Source of the DNA: Candidatus Limnocylindrales bacterium
Lineage (GTDB): Bacteria > Chloroflexota > Limnocylindria > Limnocylindrales > CSP1-4
NCBI GenBank assembly: GCA_038915165.1
Contig: JBCLDE010000004.1
Location: 1-55,345, forward strand
Length of the DNA: 55,345 nt
Direction of reading: 5' to 3'
Below, one piece after another: positions 1 to 9,152 of the stretch (position 1 is its first letter; each line of letters begins with the position of its first letter). The translations under genes were made by a program, and so were the position numbers. Under the pieces are notes generated by a model. It worked only from the letters and a program-made list of their open reading frames with translations, made no database searches and had not been told where the DNA came from.

Positions 1-117
1 TGACAGAACCGCTGGCCGCTTGGTGGACAAAGTCGCTGGCCGTCGACAAGGTTGATTCGGCACTTCTCAAAGGTCGACCCGACGACGCCCGCCGACGACG
101 ACCGGTCCCGCCTCGCC

Positions 118-1392
118 TCAACCCCCGGTGGCCAGGCCATGCAGGAGGACGACATTGAGTCCGATGATGATCGCGCCGATCGTCGCCGCAGATGCCGTCG
201 TGAGCCATCGGTTGACATGGGGTCCCATCACGCTCTTCCGGGCTGTCAGCCAGACGAGGGGCAGGATGGCGAACGGCAGCTGCATCGACAGCGCGACCTG
301 GCTCAGGATGAGGATCTGGTAGGAATCGACACCGGCAGCGATGACCAGGATGGCCGGGATGACGGTGATCGCCCGGCGCAGGAAGAGGCCGAACCGGATC
401 CCCAGGAATCCCTCGATGATGACCTGGCCGGCCAGCGTCGCGGTCGTCGAGGACGAGAGCCCGGAGGCCAGGAGCGCGATGGCAAAGGCGGCCGCGGCGG
501 CAGGACCCAGCAGCGGGATCAGCGTCGCGTGCGCCGTCTCGATGGAGCTGACCTCGAGACCGGCCGACCCGAACGCGCCGGCCGCGGTGATGACGATCGC
601 AGAATTGATGAGCCACGCGACGTTGAGCGCGATCGCCGAAGCGATGATCGAGGACCGGATCACCCTGCGGTTGGCCTCGGGATCCGCCTGGCGCCGACTG
701 ATCACGACGGCCGAGTGCAGATAGAGGTTGTGGGGCATCACGGTCGCCCCGATCATCCCCATCACGATGGCGAGCGCGCCGGTCCCGATGCTCGGCGTCA
801 CGATGCCCCGGGCGACCGCGCCCCAGTCGGGCTGGACGAGCCAGATCTCGAGCAGGTAGGCGGCGCCGATCACGACGACCAGGGAAAAGATGACGAACTC
901 GACGGAGCGGTAACCGCGCCGGTAGAGGCCGAGGATCCCAAAGACGACCACTGCCGCGAGGAGAGCGGATGGCAGCAGCGGCAAGTGGAAGAGCAGATAG
1001 AAGCCGAGCGCGGCCCCCAGGAACTCGGCCAGATCGGTCGCCATCGCGGCCAGCTCGGCGGTGACCCAGAGCAGGAGCACGACCGGCCGGGGGAACTCAC
1101 GTCGGCAGAGCTGCGGGTAGCTGAGCCCCGTCCCCAGACCGATCTTGGCGGAGAGGTGCTGGAGGAGCTGGGCGGCGAGGTTCGCCGCCAGCAGGACCCA
1201 GAGGAGCGTATAGCCGAAGCGCGACCCCGCCTCGAGGTCCGTCGCCCAGTTGCCCGGATCCATGTAGCCGACGCTGATGATGACGGCCGGCCCGAGGAGT
1301 GGGAGCACCCGCCACGGTGAGGCTGCGGTCCGGTCAGGAACGGGTAAATCCTCCTGCGTATCAGGAATCAACCGATGCCTGATCGGCGCCAC
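118..1392 (-). CDS. mntH: NRAMP-family divalent metal (Mn2+/Fe2+):H+ symporter
   Basis: 424-aa ORF. NRAMP signature block 'GYMDPGNWATDLEAGSRFGY' lies near the N-terminus and is followed by about 11 hydrophobic spans. GTG start at 1392. Confidence 0.9.
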   Translation of the reverse strand: MAPIRHRLIPDTQEDLPVPDRTAASPWRVLPLLGPAVIISVGYMDPGNWATDLEAGSRFGYTLLWVLLAANLAAQLLQHLSAKIGLGTGLSYPQLCRREFPRPVVLLLWVTAELAAMATDLAEFLGAALGFYLLFHLPLLPSALLAAVVVFGILGLYRRGYRSVEFVIFSLVVVIGAAYLLEIWLVQPDWGAVARGIVTPSIGTGALAIVMGMIGATVMPHNLYLHSAVVISRRQADPEANRRVIRSSIIASAIALNVAWLINSAIVITAAGAFGSAGLEVSSIETAHATLIPLLGPAAAAAFAIALLASGLSSSTTATLAGQVIIEGFLGIRFGLFLRRAITVIPAILVIAAGVDSYQILILSQVALSMQLPFAILPLVWLTARKSVMGPHVNRWLTTASAATIGAIIIGLNVVLLHGLATGG

Positions 1393-1452
1393 CCAGACAT
1401 GTCACATCCGCGCTCATGATGCACGCCGGTATGCCGCGGCATTCTAGACTAG

Positions 1453-2400
1453 GTGCCTGTGTCGGAGCCGGTCAGCAAGGTGGCAGCGTCGGGCATGAAT
1501 CGGGTCGATGGCCGCGGTTACGGGATCGAGGAGCGACCCGGACTGCTGATCGCGGTCCACGATGGGGAGGAGTTGCGCGGCGACGCCTACCTCCCCGACC
1601 ATCCGGGCTCGTTCCCGGGCATCGTCCTCCTCCATGGCGGCGCATTCACCAAAGGGTCCCGGTCGAGCTACGCAACGTGGGGACGGTTTCTGGCGTCGCA
1701 CGGCTACGTGGCGCTCTCGGCCGACTACCGGCTGGCCACGAACGACCGGCCGACGTACCCCCAGTGCATCTGGGATGTCAAGGCGGCCATTCAGTTTTTG
1801 CGCGGCGCCGCGAACGACCTCCGTGTCGACCCGCAACGCCTGGGTGTCATGGGCGGATCGGCAGGTGGGTACCTTGCGGCGATGGCCGCGCTGACCGCAC
1901 ACGAACCAGCGTTCACCAACCCGTACGCGGACCCGTACGCGGACCTCGGTGCGGAGGTCTCGGTCGTGGTCCCGATGGCCGGAACGTTCGACCTGATCGC
2001 CCAATGGGAACACGACCGGACGGCCCGGCCACCCGGCGCGGATATGGCCGAGGCATTCATCGGCGGGACCCCACTGGATGCGCGTCGGAGGTACTCCGAG
2101 GCGTCGCCGATCTTTCATGCGTCAGCGGCGAACGCTCGCGGCACGAAGTGGCTGATCGCCTGGGGGACGTTGGACGACGTCACGCCCCCACCCCTCCATT
2201 CGGAGCGGCTGGCGCATGATCTCAAGCTCGCCGGTGCCCTCGTCCGGCTCGCCCCTCTCGTCGGGGCTCCACATTTCTGGTACATGGAGTCCGAGGCCGA
2301 CCAGGCAGGGTCCTACAACGTCCAGTTTGCTGGCCGCCTCCTGTCATTTCTAAGGACATGGTCGGGCTGGGAGGGGCCAGAAGCAGACCCGCTGACGTGA
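1453..2400 (+). CDS. alpha/beta hydrolase, fold-3 (esterase/lipase/formamidase-like)
   Basis: Oxyanion-hole block 'LLHGGAF' and canonical nucleophile elbow 'GGSAGG'. Start is uncertain (GTG 1453 or ATG 1495). Confidence 0.75.
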   Translation: MPVSEPVSKVAASGMNRVDGRGYGIEERPGLLIAVHDGEELRGDAYLPDHPGSFPGIVLLHGGAFTKGSRSSYATWGRFLASHGYVALSADYRLATNDRPTYPQCIWDVKAAIQFLRGAANDLRVDPQRLGVMGGSAGGYLAAMAALTAHEPAFTNPYADPYADLGAEVSVVVPMAGTFDLIAQWEHDRTARPPGADMAEAFIGGTPLDARRRYSEASPIFHASAANARGTKWLIAWGTLDDVTPPPLHSERLAHDLKLAGALVRLAPLVGAPHFWYMESEADQAGSYNVQFAGRLLSFLRTWSGWEGPEADPLT

Positions 2401-2435
2401 CCGCCGCCGACTGAACCGAGGGCCGAGATCGGTCG

Positions 2436-3260
2436 CTACAGCTCGGTGCCACCGCGCTCGTCGGTGGCCGCCATGTGCATGTAGAAGTTCGCCATCTCGT
2501 ATGCCCAGGCCGAGTCGAAGGTGAGGTTGAAGTTGGCGGCGATCCGTCGGTTGACGACCCGCTTGGCGAAACCGAGCGCGTGGGACGAGCGGAGGAGGAG
2601 GCGCCGGCAGAACTCGTCAACGGTCGCGTCGAGGTCCGCGGCCGGCACGGCCCGGTTGATGATCCCGAGCGCGGCCAGGTCGGCGCCCGTGTACGGCCGG
2701 GCGAGGAACAGGAATTCCTTGGCCATCGCCGGTGGCATGTGCATCGGCACGAAGACCGAGCCGCCGTCGCCGGGGACCACCCCGACGTCCGACCGGCCAT
2801 AGCCCGTCTCGCCCATCCCCAGGTGGTAGTCGGCGATAACGGCGTCCTCGGCGGCGATGATGAAGTCGGAGGCAAACACCAGACTGGACCCGAAACCGAT
2901 CGCATCGCCGTTGACCCGGGCGATGATCGGCTTCTCGATCTCGATGAACGCCTGAAGCGTTCGTGCCAGACCGACGGTCAGGTCCCAGTCCTCGCCGGGG
3001 TTGTGGCGCGACTTCGGCCCGGGCGCGCCGCTGGGCGGTACGAAGAAGACGTCACCGAGACCGGTCAGGACGATCACCCGGATCGAGTTGTCGGCCCGCA
3101 GCTCCTCGAGCGCCAGGCCGAGCTGCTTGTGCTTCGGGAAGAAGATCGGCGGAGGATCATCCGGCCCGCGCTCATACTGGATGTCGCCCGACGGACGCAT
3201 CCCGATGGTCGCAACCTGGCCGGATCGAGTCACCACGAGACCGCTGTAGCTGTTCGCCAT
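2436..3260 (-). CDS. enoyl-CoA hydratase/isomerase (crotonase) family protein
   Basis: Crotonase-fold blocks 'IRVIVLTGLGDVFF' and 'KPIIARVNGDAIGFGSSLVFASDFIIAAEDA'. ORF-track start 3335 trimmed to ATG 3260 ('MANSYSG'). Confidence 0.75.
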   Translation of the reverse strand: MANSYSGLVVTRSGQVATIGMRPSGDIQYERGPDDPPPIFFPKHKQLGLALEELRADNSIRVIVLTGLGDVFFVPPSGAPGPKSRHNPGEDWDLTVGLARTLQAFIEIEKPIIARVNGDAIGFGSSLVFASDFIIAAEDAVIADYHLGMGETGYGRSDVGVVPGDGGSVFVPMHMPPAMAKEFLFLARPYTGADLAALGIINRAVPAADLDATVDEFCRRLLLRSSHALGFAKRVVNRRIAANFNLTFDSAWAYEMANFYMHMAATDERGGTEL

Positions 3261-3382
3261 CCTGAACCGCCTCCATTGCACTGCGTGACGGCACCAGTAT
3301 GCAGTCGAATCCCGTGCAAACTCGAAGGGCAACACGCATGTTCAGTCTGGGAACAAAGGCGCCTATACTGCGAGACGGATCG

Positions 3383-3406
3383 ATTGCATACGGAGGGATG
3401 CCGTAT
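3383..3406 (+). promoter_or_regulatory. candidate operator upstream of the GntR gene (ATTGCATACGGA box plus 6-bp inverted repeat)
   Basis: 12-mer ATTGCATACGGA at 3383..3394, identical to 13761..13772. Inverted repeat ATACGG (3388..3393) / CCGTAT (3401..3406). Lies 29-52 nt upstream of ATG 3435. Confidence 0.35.
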
Positions 3407-3434
3407 CGCATTCAGATCCTGCTGAGGACGGGCG

Positions 3435-4121
3435 ATGCGCACAAACCGTGTGACCCGCAAAGATGGGCTGCAGAGCAGCGAATTCGTCTATCGATCGCTC
3501 AAGGAGCAGATCATCTCCGGAGCCTTGGCGCCGGAGAAAAGGCTCATCGAGCTGGCGATCGCAGCCGAGTTCAGCGTCAGTCGTACCCCGGTGCGTGAGG
3601 CGCTCAAGCGTCTGGCCGTGGAGAACCTCGTTCTCGCCGACCCAGCCCGGGGGATGGTCGTCCATGCTCCCGACGCCCGCGAGATCGAGGATGTCTTCAT
3701 CGTTCGCGAGGCGCTCGATGCGCTGGCCGCCCGCCTGGCTGCCTACCGGATCACGCCGTCCGAACTCGGTCGGCTGCGCGTCGTCGTCGACTCCATGGAG
3801 GAGGCGATCGCCAGCGGCCGGCGCGAGCAGGTCGTGGTGGCGAACACCCATTTTCACGACGTGATCTATGCCGCCGCGGGCAATGAGATGCTCGAACGAC
3901 TTGGGCGCGACCTGCGCGATTTCGTTCGCCGCTTCACGACGCTGCCGTTCGCCAGTCCCGATCGCGTCGACCACGTCCTCGCCGAGCATCGAGCCATCGT
4001 CGCGGCCCTCGAGGCCCACGACCCGGAAGCCGCGGAGGCCGCCTCGCGCTCGCACCTCGCAGCCGCTCGCGAGTACGTCGTCCGGATGCAGCTTCAGGAA
4101 TTCGAGAAGGCGCTCGCCTGA
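3435..4121 (+). CDS. GntR-family (FadR/FCD-type) transcriptional regulator
   Basis: N-terminal winged-HTH block 'LIELAIAAEFSVSRTPVREALKRLAVENLV' followed by an all-helical C-terminal domain. 228 aa. Divergent from the crotonase gene. Confidence 0.85.
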   Translation: MRTNRVTRKDGLQSSEFVYRSLKEQIISGALAPEKRLIELAIAAEFSVSRTPVREALKRLAVENLVLADPARGMVVHAPDAREIEDVFIVREALDALAARLAAYRITPSELGRLRVVVDSMEEAIASGRREQVVVANTHFHDVIYAAAGNEMLERLGRDLRDFVRRFTTLPFASPDRVDHVLAEHRAIVAALEAHDPEAAEAASRSHLAAAREYVVRMQLQEFEKALA

Positions 4122-4260
4122 TCGAGGCGTTCCCGGCCACACCCCTCTGCGGGGCCTCGACCGCGTCACTCGCTCGTCCGTCCCCGTTCGCGGTGGACCC
4201 ACGCGAGCGCACGGGATACCATTGTCTACACGCGTGTTCCGCGCTGGTCCGAGTTGAGGT

Positions 4261-5280
4261 GTGTCCGGAGTGAGCGACATCGAGCGGCGTCCACGGGTTG
4301 CCCTGATCTTCACCGGAGGGACGATCGATTCGGTCGGTGTCGACCGGCTCGACCTTGCCTTCTACATCGAGGCCGGCAAGCGGCTCGAGGACGGCGAGCT
4401 CGTCGCCCGCGTCCCGGAGCTGGCGTCGATCGCCGACGTGGAGGAGATCCCGTTCCGGCGGCTTCCCAGCCAGTCCATCACGGACCAGGACCTGTTCGAC
4501 CTCGTCGCGCTGATCCACAAGATCTTCGACGAGGACCGGGCCGATGGGGTGGTCATCACCCACGGTACGAACACGCTCGAGGAGACCGCCTACTTCCTCC
4601 ATCTCACCCTCAAGCGCGATCGGCCGGTCGTCGTCGTGGGCGCGATGCGACCGGCATCCGCGATCTCAGCCGACGGCTACCTGAACCTGCTCAGCGGCGT
4701 CAGGGTGGCGGCCGCCGAGGAATCCCGCGGGATGGGCGTCCTCGTCGTCCTCAACGACACGATCCTCTCCGCCCGCGACGTCACGAAGACGGCGACCTAT
4801 CGCGTCGAGACGTTCCAGGGTCGCGATCTCGGCCCGCTCGGCTATGCGGACAATGACGGCCGGGTCCTGTTCTATCACCGCCCGTTGCGGACGCACACGA
4901 CCGCGACGGAATTCGACCTGACCGGGATCGATGCACTGCCGCGGGTGGACATCGTCGTTTCGTATCTCGGCGCCGACGGCGTGATGGTCGACGCCGCGGT
5001 GGCGGCCGGCGCACGCGGAATCGTGAGCGCGGGTACCGGAGCGGGTCGGCCGACCCCGGCGGAGGACGCCGCGCTCGATCGAGCCTCGGCGGCCGGCACT
5101 GTCGTCGTCCAGGGCACCCGGGTCGGGTCCGGCCGAACGGTCACCAGCCCCGGGCTTCGGCGCAAGGGCTGGTCGGCCGCCGACAACCTTCAGCCGTGGA
5201 AGGCCCGCATCCTGCTGGCCCTCGGCCTGACCAGGACGAGCGACGTGACGGAGATCCAGCGGATGTTCGACACCTACTGA
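4261..5280 (+). CDS. L-asparaginase (type II-like, no obvious signal peptide)
   Basis: Blocks 'ALIFTGGTIDS' (catalytic Thr motif), 'ITHGTNTLEETAYFL' and 'VVVGAMRPASAISADG'. Start is GTG 4261 or GTG 4270. Confidence 0.85.
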   Translation: MSGVSDIERRPRVALIFTGGTIDSVGVDRLDLAFYIEAGKRLEDGELVARVPELASIADVEEIPFRRLPSQSITDQDLFDLVALIHKIFDEDRADGVVITHGTNTLEETAYFLHLTLKRDRPVVVVGAMRPASAISADGYLNLLSGVRVAAAEESRGMGVLVVLNDTILSARDVTKTATYRVETFQGRDLGPLGYADNDGRVLFYHRPLRTHTTATEFDLTGIDALPRVDIVVSYLGADGVMVDAAVAAGARGIVSAGTGAGRPTPAEDAALDRASAAGTVVVQGTRVGSGRTVTSPGLRRKGWSAADNLQPWKARILLALGLTRTSDVTEIQRMFDTY

Positions 5281-5384
5281 GCTCCGCCCGGCGACGGCCG
5301 CGGGATGGTTCCGCTTGATCGAAACCATCGGCACACCGCCTTGCTGGCCGCTGTCCGCCTCGGCGCCTTCCTTCCGGCCACGAC

Positions 5385-6557
5385 TCAGCCGGGCGACAGC
5401 AACCGGCGTGGGACCCAGACCTGGCCGTCAAGGATGTGCCGGGCCGTGCGACCGATTGCGACACCCCGGATGACAGGGGCTGCGGCCGGGCCGTCGCCGT
5501 TGACCACCGCTTCCATCACCCCGTATGGATGGCCGATCCGGATGCTCTCCGCGAGGGGCCGTTGACTGATCGGTCGGACCAGCTCGTTGACGATCGTGCC
5601 GTCGACGAAGGCCGCGGCCGCGGTCGCGATCGCGCCGGTCGCCATGTAGGAGCGATGGGCCGTCTGCATCGACATCAGCCGGCCGGTCAGGTCGACCGAA
5701 CCCTCCGGGACGTCGACGCCGGCGGTCGTCCGGTAGGCCATCGGTCGGGCCACGAACCCGACCTTCGGCAGACCCGGCGTCACCTTCGTCGCGTCGTGCC
5801 GGTCCGGGACGAGACCCAGCCACTCCGCGACGACGCCGCGAATCGCCTCCAGGGTGTCGGTCGCCGCGGTGGCGGCCTCGATCTCGAGCGGTAGCTCCGT
5901 GCCCGTGAAGCCGAGCGCCTCGGCGGCGACGAAGACGACGGGGTTGGCGGCATCGACGATCGATACCTCGAAGGCCCGGCCGTCGTCGAGCGTGACCTGA
6001 TCGCGCGGCCTGTCGGTCGGCAGCAGCTTGCCCGTGAGCGAGCCTGCCGGGTCGCTGAACTCGAGCAGGATGCGCGCGCTCGTCCCGGCCACGCCGGGGA
6101 TCGCGTAGTCCCCTTCCGAGGCGGCCCGGCCGCCGCAGACGGGCACGTGCTCGAGGATGATCTTGCCGGTGTTGGTGTTGTGGACTCGGACGGTCGTGAT
6201 CGGCTCGACGGCCCGGACGAAGCCCTGGTTGATGGCGAACGGCCCGACCGCGGCCGAGATGTTGCCGCAGTTGCCGCCCCAGTCCACGAGTTCCGCGCCG
6301 ACGCTCACCTGGGCGAACGTGTAGTCGACGTCCGCATCCGGCCGGCTGGGCGGGCCGATGATCGCCGCCTTGCTCGTCTGCGACGTCGCCCCACCGAGTC
6401 CGTCGATCTGGCGGATGTCCGGGCTGCCGAAGATGCTCAGCAGGAGCGGCTCGATCGCGGCGCGGCCCGGCGGCAGATCGTTGGCCAGAAAGAAGACCGC
6501 CTTGCTCGTCCCGCCGCGCAGGATGGAGCACCGCACCGGAACCGCGTCACTCACCAC
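5385..6557 (-). CDS. PrpF/AcnD-accessory family isomerase (2-methylaconitate / 3-methylitaconate / oxalomesaconate isomerase-like)
   Basis: N-terminal block 'CSILRGGTSKAVFF' and about 390 aa two-domain length typical of the PrpF family. GTG start 6557 lies 13 nt after the upstream lyase gene, with an 'AGAGG' SD-like sequence. Confidence 0.8.
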   Translation of the reverse strand: MVSDAVPVRCSILRGGTSKAVFFLANDLPPGRAAIEPLLLSIFGSPDIRQIDGLGGATSQTSKAAIIGPPSRPDADVDYTFAQVSVGAELVDWGGNCGNISAAVGPFAINQGFVRAVEPITTVRVHNTNTGKIILEHVPVCGGRAASEGDYAIPGVAGTSARILLEFSDPAGSLTGKLLPTDRPRDQVTLDDGRAFEVSIVDAANPVVFVAAEALGFTGTELPLEIEAATAATDTLEAIRGVVAEWLGLVPDRHDATKVTPGLPKVGFVARPMAYRTTAGVDVPEGSVDLTGRLMSMQTAHRSYMATGAIATAAAAFVDGTIVNELVRPISQRPLAESIRIGHPYGVMEAVVNGDGPAAAPVIRGVAIGRTARHILDGQVWVPRRLLSPG

Positions 6558-6570
6558 GACTCATACCTCT

Positions 6571-7470
6571 TCAATCGACTCGATACCGCGCTTCGAGGGC
6601 CTCGATCTCAGGGAGCCCGACGAGCGCCTGCCGGTCCTCCCAGCTCAACATCCGATCCTGGAGGGGGCGGCTGTCGCCGGTCGCCCGAAGCTCCGCCAGG
6701 GCGTCGCGAATCGCGCGCGCGCCCACGCGCATGGCCGTGTTCGCGAACAGGACGATCCGGTAGCCCATCGCAGCGAGCTCATCCGATCCGTAGAGGGGCG
6801 TTCGACCGCCCTCGACCATGTTGGCCAGAAGCGGTGCCGGAACCCGGCCCGGCAGGGCCGCCAGCTGGTCGAGGAGGACTGGTGCCTCGATGAAGACGAC
6901 GTCGGCGCCCGCCTCGGCGAAGGCGCGACCGCGCTCGATCGCGGCCTCGAAGCCGTCGACCGCCAGTGCATCGGTGCGGGCGATCACGACGAGCGCCGGA
7001 TCGCGGCGGGCCTCGAGCACTGCTTGCAGCTTGGCCAGCATCTCCGGGAGCGGGACGATCTCCTTGCCGCTGAAATGGCCACAGCGCTTCGGGAAGACCT
7101 GGTCCTCGATCTGGATCGCGGCGACGCCGGCCCGCTCGAATTCGACGACCGCCCGACGGGCGTTGATGGCATTGCCGAACCCGGTGTCGATATCGGCGAC
7201 GACCGGGACGTCGACGGCGGCGGCAATCCGGGCGACCTGGTCGACGAGTTCCGTCATCGTCGTCAGTCCGACGTCGGGCACGCCGAGCAGGGTGTTGGCG
7301 ATCCCGGCTCCGGTCGCGTAGACCGCCTCGAAGCCGGCGGCGACCGCGATACGCGCCGTCAGCGCGTCGCTGCAGCCGGGCAGGACCAGCGCTTCCGGCC
7401 GGTCGAGCAGCGCGCGCAGGCGCCGGCCGGGGGAAGCGTCAGGGCTGCCATCGAGGGTCGGTCGCGCCAT
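6571..7470 (-). CDS. isocitrate lyase/PEP mutase family lyase (2-methylisocitrate lyase / 2,3-dimethylmalate lyase-like)
   Basis: Blocks 'ADIDTGFGN', 'IEDQVFPKRCGH' (K-[KR]-C-G-H family signature) and 'ARTDA'. First ATG is at 7470 (the track begins at TTG 7473). Confidence 0.85.
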   Translation of the reverse strand: MARPTLDGSPDASPGRRLRALLDRPEALVLPGCSDALTARIAVAAGFEAVYATGAGIANTLLGVPDVGLTTMTELVDQVARIAAAVDVPVVADIDTGFGNAINARRAVVEFERAGVAAIQIEDQVFPKRCGHFSGKEIVPLPEMLAKLQAVLEARRDPALVVIARTDALAVDGFEAAIERGRAFAEAGADVVFIEAPVLLDQLAALPGRVPAPLLANMVEGGRTPLYGSDELAAMGYRIVLFANTAMRVGARAIRDALAELRATGDSRPLQDRMLSWEDRQALVGLPEIEALEARYRVD

Positions 7471-7605
7471 CAATGCTCCGTGTGCGAGCGCCTACAGTCG
7501 CATACCATCGTAACGCCGCGATCCCGTGGGCGGCAACCGGCGTCCCGGGCCACCGGCGCCCCGGCGTGAGCCTGAGGGATCGATCAAGATCGAGGAGAAG
7601 CAACC

Positions 7606-8322
7606 ATGGCGGAGCGGGTCTGGGATCGCTATCTGACCGAGCAGGATCGGGCGTATGTCGCGCTCAATCCGGCCCCGCACAAGGGTGTCGGCAAGCGCCC
7701 GGCTCTGCTCCTCGTCGACCTCTACCGGAACGTCTTCGGCGATACCCCGGAACCGCTCCTTGAGGCGATCAAGACGTGGCCGGCCAGTTGCGGGCTGGCG
7801 GGCTGGACGGCGCTTCCGCACATCCAGCGCCTGCTCGGTGAGGCGCGCGCGCTCGGCATCCCGGTCGTCCATGTGACCGGGCTCGAAGGGATGCCCGGCT
7901 GGCGCGACGCGACGCCGCGTGGCGGCCAGATCAGCGAGACGCCGGAGGCGGCGGAGCGGCGAAGGCGGCGCTACGAGATCGTCGACGAACTCGCCCCGAT
8001 CGACGGTGAGGTCGTCCTGCGCAAGACCGCGCCGAGCGCGTTCTGGGGGACGCCGATCGTCGGCCTCCTCAACGGCCTCGGCGTCGACACCCTGGTCGTC
8101 GCCGGTGAATCGACGAGCGGCTGCGTCCGGGCGACGGTGATCGACGGCAAGGCCTATCGCTACAAGATGGTCGTCGCGGAGGAATGCGTCTTCGACCGGA
8201 ACGAGGCGCCACACGCGATCAACCTCTTCGACCTCGACCAGAAGTATGCGGACGTCGTGCCCGTCGAGGATGCGATCGCCTACCTGAAGACGGTCGAGTC
8301 ATGGCCACGACCGCCGCGCTGA
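7606..8322 (+). CDS. isochorismatase-family cysteine hydrolase (N-carbamoylsarcosine amidase / maleamate amidohydrolase-like)
   Basis: Catalytic triad contexts 'ALLLVDLY' (Asp), 'LRKTAPSAF' (Lys) and 'GESTSGCVRAT' (Cys). 'GAGGAG' SD-like sequence upstream of ATG 7606. Confidence 0.85.
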   Translation: MAERVWDRYLTEQDRAYVALNPAPHKGVGKRPALLLVDLYRNVFGDTPEPLLEAIKTWPASCGLAGWTALPHIQRLLGEARALGIPVVHVTGLEGMPGWRDATPRGGQISETPEAAERRRRRYEIVDELAPIDGEVVLRKTAPSAFWGTPIVGLLNGLGVDTLVVAGESTSGCVRATVIDGKAYRYKMVVAEECVFDRNEAPHAINLFDLDQKYADVVPVEDAIAYLKTVESWPRPPR

Positions 8323-9107
8323 TCGGCTTCGGCGCCGTCGGCGGCGCCGTGGCCCGGATGATCGCTGAGGGCCTGGCCGGGACGGCCACGCTGGTCGCCG
8401 TCGTCGTTCGCGAACCGGGGCGACACGACGCCGACGGGGCAAGGCTCGACATCCCGTTCTTGACCGACGTCGCGGACCTCATCGCGCTCCGTCCGGACGT
8501 CGTCCTGGAGGCCGGCGGGCACGACGCGTTCCGCCAGCACGTCCCTGCCCTGCTCGCCGCGGGGATCGACGTGATCGCCCTCAGCGTGGGCGTATTGGCA
8601 GATGAGGCCCTGCTGGCCGAGGTCGAGCGAGCGGCCGCCTCGGGGGGCAGCCGCCTGCGGATACCGTCCGGGGCCATCGCCGCACTCGACGCCATCTCCG
8701 CGGCCGCGGTCGGCGGCCTGGATCGGGTCGTCCATTCCGTGCGGAAGCCGCCCCATTCGCTGCTCGATGGCGACGAGGCCGCAGCGGTCGTCCTCGCGGG
8801 CGAGCCACGCGTGCTGTACGCCGGACCGGCGCGCGAGGCGGCGAAGCGGTTTCCCGCCAACGTCAACGTGGTCGCTGCGGTGAGCCTCGCCGGGATCGGC
8901 TTCGACCGGACAGAGGTCCGGGTCATCGCCGACCCGACGGTCAGCCACAACACGCACGAGGTCGAGGTCGAGGGCAACTTCGGCCGCCTTCACGTCCGGA
9001 TCGAGAACATCCCATCCGACGAGAACCCGAAGACCGGCCGGATCGTCGCGTTCAGCCTCGTCCGGGCGCTACGCGGGTTGTCGGAGACGGTCGTCGCCGG
9101 CGCCTGA
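8301..9107 (+). CDS. nadX: L-aspartate dehydrogenase (NadX-like)
   Basis: Rossmann motif 'LIGFGAVGGAV' plus C-terminal blocks 'RIPSGAIAALD', 'FPANVNV', 'ADPTVSHNTHEVEV' and 'IENIPSDENPKTG', which match my recollection of Thermotoga NadX. ATG 8301 overlaps the upstream gene by 22 nt. Confidence 0.8.
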   Translation: MATTAALIGFGAVGGAVARMIAEGLAGTATLVAVVVREPGRHDADGARLDIPFLTDVADLIALRPDVVLEAGGHDAFRQHVPALLAAGIDVIALSVGVLADEALLAEVERAAASGGSRLRIPSGAIAALDAISAAAVGGLDRVVHSVRKPPHSLLDGDEAAAVVLAGEPRVLYAGPAREAAKRFPANVNVVAAVSLAGIGFDRTEVRVIADPTVSHNTHEVEVEGNFGRLHVRIENIPSDENPKTGRIVAFSLVRALRGLSETVVAGA

Positions 9108-9152
9108 ACAGGCGGGTCAGCCGCCCACGGGTCAGCCGATCGCCGCCCACGG

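Noticed and set aside
1393-1452. A Mn-responsive riboswitch or MntR box upstream of mntH.
   Set aside because: The 60-nt divergent region is too short for a yybP-ykoY element. I could not find a convincing palindromic operator.
5385-7470. Annotating the lyase/isomerase pair as prpB/prpF of a methylcitrate operon.
   Set aside because: Only family membership can be seen, and prpC, prpD and acnD are absent from the window. Gene symbols are therefore withheld.
9108-9152. Short imperfect direct repeat 'GCCGCCCACGG(G)TCAGCC' x2 between the convergent nadX-like and TauE-like genes.
   Set aside because: It is only about 17 nt, imperfect and GC-rich, and forms no convincing hairpin or terminator. 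It cannot be told apart from chance in this composition.
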